A stretch of DNA of 49,349 nucleotides. Origin: a virus. Its lineage: Duplodnaviria; Caudoviricetes. Each line of letters begins with the position of its first letter. Position 1 is the stretch's first letter. Below the pieces are notes generated by a model. It saw nothing but the letters and a program-made list of their open reading frames with translations. It had not been told where the DNA came from and searched no databases. The translations under genes were made by a program, and so were the position numbers. Shown piece after piece: positions 42,873-49,349 of this stretch. Where the stretch lies: IMG/VR virus record IMGVR_UViG_3300012232_000018, positions 1 through 49,349 of that record; one strand, written 5' to 3'.

Positions 42873-44006
42873 ATGAGCACGACCATCATATCACCCGGCG
42901 TGTTAAGCAGTGGTGCTGCTAGCGCTGGCGGCAGCAAGCTGGACAGCAAGGTAGCCGAAGCGCTGCTCGAACAGATGCGCAACCGCACACCAGAGCAGGA
43001 GGTCGCAGCCGCACCCGCGGAAGTAGAGCCGGAGCAGGGTGAGCTGCCGGTAACAGAGCCCATCGTCGTAGGCGAGGGGCAGCGCCTGCTCAGTGACATG
43101 GTCAAGAAGAAAGTGCCGTTCGACTTCGCCGTCACCATCTTCAAGCCCGAGCAATTACACGAGAAGGTGCGTGCCTTGGTGCCGACTATCGACCCGCTGT
43201 ACAGGCCAGACATTGATGCGCTGACCAAGGTGCTCTACGCCCTGGAGAACAACGAGCCTGTGGTTGTCACTGGCCCCACTGGTTGCGGCAAGTCGCAGCT
43301 GATCCGCCATGCCTGTGCGTTGACGATCCGCCCCGAGATTCGCATCAACATGACCGGTGATGCGGAGTCAAGCGTTATCTTCGGCACGCTTGTTGCGAGG
43401 AGTGGGTCCACCGCATGGGAAGATGGCCCGGCCACTGAAGCCTGGCGCTACGGTGCGGTGCTCAACGTCGATGAGTACGACGTCACCCCGCCTGAAGTTG
43501 CGATGGGCTTCCAGTGGATGCTCGAGAATGATGGGCGCCTGTTCCTGAAGGAGATGCCCGGTAGCGCGCTGGACAAGATCATCATGCCTCACCCGAATGC
43601 GAGGTTGGTGATGTGCGGTAACACGGTAGGCCAAGGCGATGAGACGGGACACTACGCTGGTGTCTCGCCGCAGAACACAGCGTTCGTCGATCGGTTCCGG
43701 GTCAGTGTGCGGATGAACTACCTACCAGCCGTCGATGAGAAGGCTATCATCAAGGCAGCGGTGCCTAAGCTGCCGGCCAAGACCATCACCAGTATGGTGC
43801 AGTTCGCCGGGCTGTGCCGTCAGGCGTACCAGCAGCGCACGCTGAACCTGACGATGTCGCCCAGGACGCTCATCAACTGGGCTGGCAAGATCAACGCATT
43901 CGGCCTGCGCCCTGCCCTTGACACGGCGTACCTGGACAAGCTAACCGATTCGCAGCGCAAGATCGCGCTCGAGTCCTTCCAGAAGGTGTTCGGCACACAA
44001 TCATGA
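42873..44006 (+). CDS. MoxR/CobS-like AAA+ ATPase
   Basis: GPTGCGKS, VDEYD, GNT.G.GD, QNTAFVDRF, SPR. Confidence 0.92.
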   Translation: MSTTIISPGVLSSGAASAGGSKLDSKVAEALLEQMRNRTPEQEVAAAPAEVEPEQGELPVTEPIVVGEGQRLLSDMVKKKVPFDFAVTIFKPEQLHEKVRALVPTIDPLYRPDIDALTKVLYALENNEPVVVTGPTGCGKSQLIRHACALTIRPEIRINMTGDAESSVIFGTLVARSGSTAWEDGPATEAWRYGAVLNVDEYDVTPPEVAMGFQWMLENDGRLFLKEMPGSALDKIIMPHPNARLVMCGNTVGQGDETGHYAGVSPQNTAFVDRFRVSVRMNYLPAVDEKAIIKAAVPKLPAKTITSMVQFAGLCRQAYQQRTLNLTMSPRTLINWAGKINAFGLRPALDTAYLDKLTDSQRKIALESFQKVFGTQS

Positions 44007-44353
44007 GCAAGCGCGAGCCATTGTTCTCGCTCACTGCCAAGGATTTCGTGTGGTCATATACACGCGGCACTGGTAGCGGGGGGCAGAAGAGGAACAAGAC
44101 GAGCAGCGCAGTACACTGCTCGCATCCGCAATCAGGATCGCATGGCTATAGCGAGGCGACACGCTCTCAACTTGACAATAAGATCGCCGCCTTCATGAAG
44201 TGCGTGAACACACCGAAGTTCAAGGCGTGGCTTGAGCTGGAGATGATGCGCCGCCAGGGTGTACTGGCTCAAGTTGACGCTGCTGTGGAGCGCGAGATGA
44301 AGAAGGTCAGGGTCGAAGGCAAAGACGCAGAGGGGCGCTGGACAGAGCTATGA
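44003..44353 (+). CDS. GGQ peptidyl-tRNA hydrolase / class I release-factor domain protein
   Basis: RGTGSGGQKRNKTSSAV...H..SG....RSQ..NK..A. Confidence 0.88.
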   Translation: MSKREPLFSLTAKDFVWSYTRGTGSGGQKRNKTSSAVHCSHPQSGSHGYSEATRSQLDNKIAAFMKCVNTPKFKAWLELEMMRRQGVLAQVDAAVEREMKKVRVEGKDAEGRWTEL

Positions 44354-45375
44354 CAGGACGTCGTAAAAAGCATCACGACCTAGGGATGGTGAGACTGTAC
44401 GTCTACAAGGGCAAGCACGCCACGACGTACTTCACCATCCTCAAGGACGGGTCGTACCACAACCTCGGCCACGACAAGCACAAGGCGAAGCAGCAGCTGC
44501 TCGATCTCACTGGACCTACTGCGTTCCCAGGAACGATTGAGGCGCTTATCGAGGGCCGCCTGACCCGGCTCAAGGACTTGCTGGACCAAGGCATGCGAGC
44601 ACCACGCTCCTGGATAGATGACCAGATCTACGCAAAAAATTTGCAGGGAATTTTCGGCCATCTATTGGCAGTCGACTTGACTACAGCAGACTGCTACCGC
44701 TACCTCACCAGCGGAAGGGGCAGGAAGGCCCCAATCAGGGCCAACAAGGAGATACGTTGGCTCAGCGGGGCGTACAGGTGGGGGATGAATGCCGGGCTGA
44801 TCGCTACAAATCCCGTCAGTTCGACGCAGTTCAATGCAGAAGTGCCACGCGATAGGCACATCACCGATGAGGAGCTTCGATCCTTCTGCGAGTACTGCGC
44901 CGGGGATGGCACGCAGGCCGGGCCGAGGGTGGCGATCGCATTCGATCTCGCCTACCTCACAGCCAAGGCGGAGGCACAGATCCTGCGACTACATCGTAGC
45001 CAGGTGACAGCCGAGGGCGTGTACTTCAAGAAGAGGAAGGGTGGTGCGAACACACTGGTTGAGTGGACTCCCGCACTACAGCACGCCATCAATGCAGCCA
45101 AGGCGCTGAGCCCTGGCATGTTCTTAGTTAGCACCACACTTGGCACGCCGTACACGCTAGGCGGATTTAAGGCGCTGTGGCAGCGGCGCATGGTGGCATG
45201 GAGTACAGCTACCGGGCTGCCACGCTTTACATTCCATGACCTTCGAGCCAAGGCCATCACCACGATGAAGAGTGAGGGCCGTGTAGCAAGCGAGGTCAGT
45301 GGCCATCGAGAAGAGAAGACCGTGGCGCGCGTTTATGACAGGCGCAGGGTACGTAAGGGACCAGCAGTTGAATAA
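44350..45375 (+). CDS. int: Tyrosine recombinase/integrase (first catalytic Arg apparently absent)
   Basis: N-terminal arm-binding-like region, core domain, FHDLRAKA, SGH, RVY. Box I reads AYLTAKAEAQIL. Confidence 0.9.
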   Translation: MTGRRKKHHDLGMVRLYVYKGKHATTYFTILKDGSYHNLGHDKHKAKQQLLDLTGPTAFPGTIEALIEGRLTRLKDLLDQGMRAPRSWIDDQIYAKNLQGIFGHLLAVDLTTADCYRYLTSGRGRKAPIRANKEIRWLSGAYRWGMNAGLIATNPVSSTQFNAEVPRDRHITDEELRSFCEYCAGDGTQAGPRVAIAFDLAYLTAKAEAQILRLHRSQVTAEGVYFKKRKGGANTLVEWTPALQHAINAAKALSPGMFLVSTTLGTPYTLGGFKALWQRRMVAWSTATGLPRFTFHDLRAKAITTMKSEGRVASEVSGHREEKTVARVYDRRRVRKGPAVE

Positions 45376-45396
45376 AATTGTAGTACATGCTATAGT
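45368..45396 (+). promoter_or_regulatory. sigma70-type promoter overlapping the int stop codon
   Basis: TTGAAT-N17-TATAGT with extended -10 TG. Confidence 0.75.
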
Positions 45397-45465
45397 AATA
45401 ATAGGGAAGGAGAGGAATTTTTCGGGCTGCGGTACATCCGCCCGGTGTTCAACCGGAGATGTACT

Positions 45466-45765
45466 GTGGGTTACGAAGATAACGAACTCTCGTCTGAGCT
45501 TTCCGAAGGCGCCTACGTTACGCAAGAGAACGACGAGCGCACCTTCACTCTCGCTACACGCAAGCCCAATCACAGGATTGTGGTGCGCCTGCCTTACCTG
45601 AGCGGTGAGGCATTCATGCTGTGGTTCGAGGGCAACAAGATCCCCCGCATCGCCTATTACATGGAGCTGTCCGAGTCGACGGTGTACCGTCTCTTGGCCG
45701 ACGCCAAGGCAATCATCAAGTCGATGATGCTCGAGTCGGAGTTCGACTCCCTGTTCGGATCTTAG
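45466..45765 (+). CDS. Small HTH protein (sigma-70 region 4/LuxR-like C-terminus)
   Basis: GGAG plus GTG; AFMLWFEG.K..RIAYYMELSESTVYRLL. Confidence 0.7.
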   Translation: MGYEDNELSSELSEGAYVTQENDERTFTLATRKPNHRIVVRLPYLSGEAFMLWFEGNKIPRIAYYMELSESTVYRLLADAKAIIKSMMLESEFDSLFGS

Positions 45766-45801
45766 TAAACGCCTCGCATCTTAGTAACAACCACACGTAA
45801 G

Positions 45802-45850
45802 TGGCGGAGTGGACGGGACTCGAACCCGCGACCCCCGGCGTGACAGGCCG
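45802..45850 (-). other. attP core: 3' 49 nt of a tRNA-Asp(GTC)
   Basis: Minus strand CGGCCTGTCACGCCGGGGGTCGCGGGTTCGAGTCCCGTCCACTCCGCCA = anticodon arm, T arm, acceptor 3' strand and CCA. The 5' half is absent; ~430 bp downstream of int. Confidence 0.88.
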
Positions 45851-45961
45851 AGCCTCTCCTCCAGCGATTCATGCTCTTAGGTGCGAAAGTTCCTAAGAAC
45901 ACCTGACGTACAGATGGGCCTGCCCCGCAGGCGACCCCCTTCCATCTTAGGAGAATTGTAC

Positions 45962-46609
45962 GTGAGAAAACTTGCAATCGCAGTAGCACTGCTGATCGCC
46001 ATTCCGGCGTTCGCCAATGGTGTCGGCAACGACAACCCGGCTAGCACAGGTACGACCACTAACACCAATACCGCCACTGGCGGAGCTGGTGGGAATGGTG
46101 GAGTTGCATACGGTAGCACGAACAACAACTCGCTGGTCGGTGGCAACTTCGGAATAAGCGCGACCAATGGGCCGGTCTCGGCCACGGGTGGCAAGGCTGA
46201 GCAAGGACAAGTACAGGGACAGAAGCAAGGCCAGGCGCAGAAGGCTACCGCCAAGCAGTCCCAGTCGGCTGACAACAACGGTAACACCCAAGTCGTGAAC
46301 GAAGCGAAGAACGCTGCGGCCTCGGCGCCGTCGGCGATCGTCGCCGTGGCCTCGAGCTGCGGTGGATCAGCAGCTGCCGGAGGACAGGGCTTCTCTGGCG
46401 GTGGCGTGTTCGGTTTCGCCTTCGAGTTCTACGACTGCAAGGTGATCCGTGAGGCGGCGTTCCTCATCACGTTGGGGCAGGTGGAGGCTGGTCTCCAGCA
46501 CGTCTGCAACATCGAGCGGATGAAGGACTCACTCGAACTCAGCACGACGTTCCGTTGCAAGACCAAGCCGAGCAAGGCTGCTTTCAGCAGCAAGGCCGGC
46601 CGCTCCTAA
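45962..46609 (+). CDS. Exported Gly/Asn/Gln-rich protein
   Basis: AGGAG plus GTG; signal peptide MRKLAIAVALLIAIPAFA; four Cys in the C-terminal domain. Confidence 0.75.
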   Translation: MRKLAIAVALLIAIPAFANGVGNDNPASTGTTTNTNTATGGAGGNGGVAYGSTNNNSLVGGNFGISATNGPVSATGGKAEQGQVQGQKQGQAQKATAKQSQSADNNGNTQVVNEAKNAAASAPSAIVAVASSCGGSAAAGGQGFSGGGVFGFAFEFYDCKVIREAAFLITLGQVEAGLQHVCNIERMKDSLELSTTFRCKTKPSKAAFSSKAGRS

Positions 46610-46634
46610 ACGTTCCTGGGAACAGGGGTACTGC

Positions 46635-46670
46635 TAGTAGTAGTAGTAACCCCTACTCCCCATATCCCCT
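46635..46670. repeat. (TAG)n tract plus TCCCCATATCCCCT box, copy 2 (inverted)
   Basis: Exact reverse complement of 36506-36519. Confidence 0.7.
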
Positions 46671-46685
46671 CACAAGGAATCCCGA

Positions 46686-47006
46686 ATGGATTTATACGAA
46701 CACCTGTCCACTGACACCCGCGCAGCCATACTCGAAGCGGAAGGCGCGTCTCGTGTTGCCTACGAACATAAGCTAGACGTCTACGGAGACATCGTCGAGG
46801 AACTGCTCGAAGTCATCGAAGAGAAGAATGCGTACATCGAGACCCTCCACACAGAACTCAGCCAGGCGTACGACACCGTAGAAATAGTACGCGCTGAGCT
46901 TCGTGTCATGAAGGCCAAGTATTACAGCCAGCCGATCATCACCGAAGACGCAGGCCACGGTATCCCGGCCATCGACTTCGTCCTGATCGCTGGCCCGCAC
47001 GGCTAA
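46686..47006 (+). CDS. Hypothetical coiled-coil protein
   Basis: AAGGA RBS; acidic heptad pattern. Confidence 0.7.
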   Translation: MDLYEHLSTDTRAAILEAEGASRVAYEHKLDVYGDIVEELLEVIEEKNAYIETLHTELSQAYDTVEIVRAELRVMKAKYYSQPIITEDAGHGIPAIDFVLIAGPHG

Positions 47007-47062
47007 GCACTCAGCAACTCCGCCTGAAGTACACCCGGCGGACCCCTTTCTTGGAGGTCCGC

Positions 47063-47203
47063 ATGAAGCAATTCGCTGGACTGCTCTTCATCATGATGGT
47101 CGCTGCCGCAGCGTACTTCGCAGGCATGGCACACCAGCACGAGGTCGACATGGACAACTGGTACTGCCCGCAAGTCCACGTCATCGAGGTCAACCCAACG
47201 TGA
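47063..47203 (+). CDS. Small membrane/exported peptide (46 aa)
   Basis: GGAGG RBS; MKQFAGLLFIMMVAAAAYFAG; GTGA overlap with the next gene. Confidence 0.55.
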   Translation: MKQFAGLLFIMMVAAAAYFAGMAHQHEVDMDNWYCPQVHVIEVNPT

Positions 47204-47382
47204 GTACCTGGGTACTGATGCTGACGATCGTGCTGGCCGACCATTCTAAGCACATAGTACACATACGGCCGATGCAAGGCTGGGTGTGCCATGCACTCGT
47301 CAAGGTGCTGCCTGCCAAGAAGACGGTAGTCGACGGGCAACCAGCCACCATCTACGCGCAGTGCGCGTTGGATAAAGAATGA
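47200..47382 (+). CDS. Small hypothetical protein
   Basis: Coupled on both sides; WVL.L....C....C pattern. Confidence 0.55.
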   Translation: MSTWVLMLTIVLADHSKHIVHIRPMQGWVCHALVKVLPAKKTVVDGQPATIYAQCALDKE

Positions 47383-48194
47383 GCGGGGACATTGACCCCG
47401 AGATCCTAAAGAGTAACGCACCGAACACAGTAGGCGACTCAATCACCATCAACCACGTCGGGTGCCCGGCAGGTGAGGATCAGAAGCGCCGGCTCTGGAT
47501 CATTCGCAATCACAACAGCATAGGCTGGAACTGCATGCACTGTGGTGGCAAGGGGCGCCTGTTCCTCAAGAACAGCGAGCGTACTCGTGGTACGGCAGCG
47601 CCGCGCGTACTAAAGACAACGCCCTGGCCCAGTAACCGCTCGATCGACGAGGCCGAGTGGCCCCCGGAAGCACGGGGCTGGTTGCGCAAGTATGGCATCA
47701 GCGAATTCGAGGCCAATGATGCTGGCGTCGCGTACCTGCCTGATGAGCGGCGGCTGCAACTACCGATAGTGGCGTACGACGGGATGATCACGGGCTGGCA
47801 GGAGCGAGCGCTCTACCCGTACCAGACCATTAAGTACATCACGCGCACGCTAGGCAACACTTCGCCGGTAGCGCAGGGCGCCTGGGTACTCGACGGGCCG
47901 AATCGCACCAACCGTGTGATGGTAGTCGAGGACATCGCCAGCGCTATCAAGCTGGGCCAGTACATCGACACCGTGGCCATGCTTGGCACCCGCCTCATGC
48001 CTGAGGTGCGCAACATCATAGCGGAAAAGTATGAAGCGGCTCTCGTCTGGCTCGATCCGGACGAGGCAGGATTCAAAGCAGCGCGTGTCGTGTGCGGGGA
48101 GCTTGAGAACTTCCTCAACACTACGCATATTACCTCCGAAGTACAACCCAAAGAGGCCACCGATATAAAAATACGTGCACACCTTGGATATTGA
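47379..48194 (+). CDS. DNA primase (Zn-binding plus TOPRIM)
   Basis: H..C...CMHC; VVEDIASA; MLGT; WLDPD.AG. Confidence 0.9.
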   Translation: MSGDIDPEILKSNAPNTVGDSITINHVGCPAGEDQKRRLWIIRNHNSIGWNCMHCGGKGRLFLKNSERTRGTAAPRVLKTTPWPSNRSIDEAEWPPEARGWLRKYGISEFEANDAGVAYLPDERRLQLPIVAYDGMITGWQERALYPYQTIKYITRTLGNTSPVAQGAWVLDGPNRTNRVMVVEDIASAIKLGQYIDTVAMLGTRLMPEVRNIIAEKYEAALVWLDPDEAGFKAARVVCGELENFLNTTHITSEVQPKEATDIKIRAHLGY

Positions 48195-49349
48195 CCTGTT
48201 GCAGATCATGCGCCATCGGAGCGGCTTCGAGCGGTTCCGGTCGCACATCAAAGAGGCTGCCGTACAAGACCAGACAATGCGGATCGTCGAGGGACTCGAT
48301 GAGTTCTTCTCCAACCACCCGGCCGAGACCACGGTGGAGTGGGAGAAGTTCGCCGAGTGGTTCATCCACACCCGCACAGGGCGCCTGCCCCCGGCTGAGA
48401 TCAAGGGCATGCGCCTGTATTTCGACCGACTCATTGTTGCACCGCTCTCGACGCCCACGCAGGAGGACATCCTCCACCACTACATCGTGGCGGACTACGC
48501 CGAGCGTATCAAGGATGTAGTCGATGAAGGGGCGCTGTCAGACCTAGCGGACGTGCGCCAGTTGGTTGAGGACTACGAGGCCGAGACCAATCGCGCCATC
48601 ACCAAAGCGGACCTATTCACCAGCTTCGACCTGTCAACCATCGGCACGGTAACGGCTGGTCCGGGTTGGCATTGGCGCCTGAAGGAGTTGGACGAGGTCA
48701 CAGGCCCGCTACGCGGCGGTGACATGGTCATCGTTGCGGCCCGGCCCGAGGTCGGTAAGACAACGTTCATCGCCAGCGAGGTCAGCTTCATGGCCGAGCA
48801 GATGCAGGGCGCCGGGGCGAAGCGCCCCATCCTGGTCATTGCGAACGAAGAGCACCACGACCGATACAAGCTGCGCCTCATGATGGCGGCGCTTGGTGTG
48901 TCGCAGTCGGCGATCCTTGGCGACAAGGCTACCGCTATGGCGGCGTTCGAGGCGGGCGTGGGTAAGGATCGCATCCTGATACCGCGCTCCGATATGGGCC
49001 TGAACCACACCCGGCAACTATCGCAGCTGTTCAAGGACAACCCACCCGGGCTGATCGTGTTCGACCAGCTGGACAACGTGGACACGAAGGTAGCCAAGGA
49101 CGAGCGCGAAGACCTGCGCATCGGTAAGGTCTACACCTGGGCTCGCCGCCTGGGCCAAGAGTACAACTGCCCTGTGATCGCCGTATCCCAGCTGAACGGG
49201 ACGGCAGAGGGCGAGAAGTATCCCGGCATGAATCAGCTGCGTGGTTCGCAGACGGACAAGCCCGGCGCTGCTGACGCCATCATCACCATTGGCGTCGACC
49301 CGACCAGCTTAGACGATCGGCACTTCAACGTACCGAAGAACAAGCTGAC
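48184..49349 (+). CDS. DnaB-like replicative helicase (3'-truncated by the window edge)
   Basis: Frame is open to the end of the window: AARPEVGKTT, NEE, LIVFDQLD, SQL, PKNKL. Absent from the ORF track because there is no stop. Confidence 0.92.
   Translation, partial: MDIDLLQIMRHRSGFERFRSHIKEAAVQDQTMRIVEGLDEFFSNHPAETTVEWEKFAEWFIHTRTGRLPPAEIKGMRLYFDRLIVAPLSTPTQEDILHHYIVADYAERIKDVVDEGALSDLADVRQLVEDYEAETNRAITKADLFTSFDLSTIGTVTAGPGWHWRLKELDEVTGPLRGGDMVIVAARPEVGKTTFIASEVSFMAEQMQGAGAKRPILVIANEEHHDRYKLRLMMAALGVSQSAILGDKATAMAAFEAGVGKDRILIPRSDMGLNHTRQLSQLFKDNPPGLIVFDQLDNVDTKVAKDEREDLRIGKVYTWARRLGQEYNCPVIAVSQLNGTAEGEKYPGMNQLRGSQTDKPGAADAIITIGVDPTSLDDRHFNVPKNKL

Larger units (their letters stand above)
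42..46624. repeat. Dispersed palindrome YGTTCCYRGGAACR, 10 copies
   Basis: 12-bp cores start at 43, 1941, 5151, 9378, 13951, 28541, 36051, 36846, 44523 and 46612. Confidence 0.9.

Noticed and set aside
41149-44006. Cobalamin biosynthesis (cobS/cobT) auxiliary metabolic genes
   Set aside because: No CobN or other cob genes; a generic MoxR-vWA pair is the simpler reading.
45802-45880. Complete tRNA-Asp gene
   Set aside because: The acceptor 5' strand and D arm are missing; only the 3' part is present, as expected for attP.
1-49349. Terminal redundancy or closed circle
   Set aside because: The first and last bases do not overlap; both the helicase C-terminus and the polymerase N-terminus are missing.

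Overview
The window is a near-complete, circularly permuted ~49 kb podovirus-type dsDNA phage genome. It has a family A DNA polymerase, no RNA polymerase, and a two-arm layout like that of Zobellviridae/VpV262-SIO1-type phages (the family assignment is inference). The window starts inside the DNA polymerase gene and ends inside the helicase gene, so a short piece is missing. The plus arm (~37.4 kb to the end, continuing 1-7.0 kb) carries small early genes, PRTase, GIY-YIG, vWA plus MoxR/CobS AAA, a GGQ release-factor-like protein, a tyrosine integrase, an HTH protein, an attP made of the 3' half of tRNA-Asp, primase, helicase, PolA, SSB, Cas4-like and DEDD nucleases, a LAGLIDADG endonuclease, an endonuclease I-like resolvase and a dATP/dGTP diphosphohydrolase. 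The minus arm (36.3 to 7.3 kb) carries a collagen tail fibre, two Gly-rich paralogs, holins, GNATs, terminase, portal, scaffold, capsid, tail tube proteins, an M15 peptidase and ejection proteins. The arms converge at ~7.0-7.3 kb and diverge from a non-coding control region at 36.3-37.45 kb. The main unexplained signals are: (1) ten copies of a 14-bp palindrome YGTTCCYRGGAACR spread through genes in different reading frames; (2) an integrase lacking the first catalytic Arg beside an intact-looking attP, with no recognisable cI/cro switch; (3) a ~380-nt densely structured leader RNA; (4) a bipartite 46-bp repeat upstream of two early genes; (5) a split tail nozzle gene. All calls come from reading motifs by eye; no searches were run.
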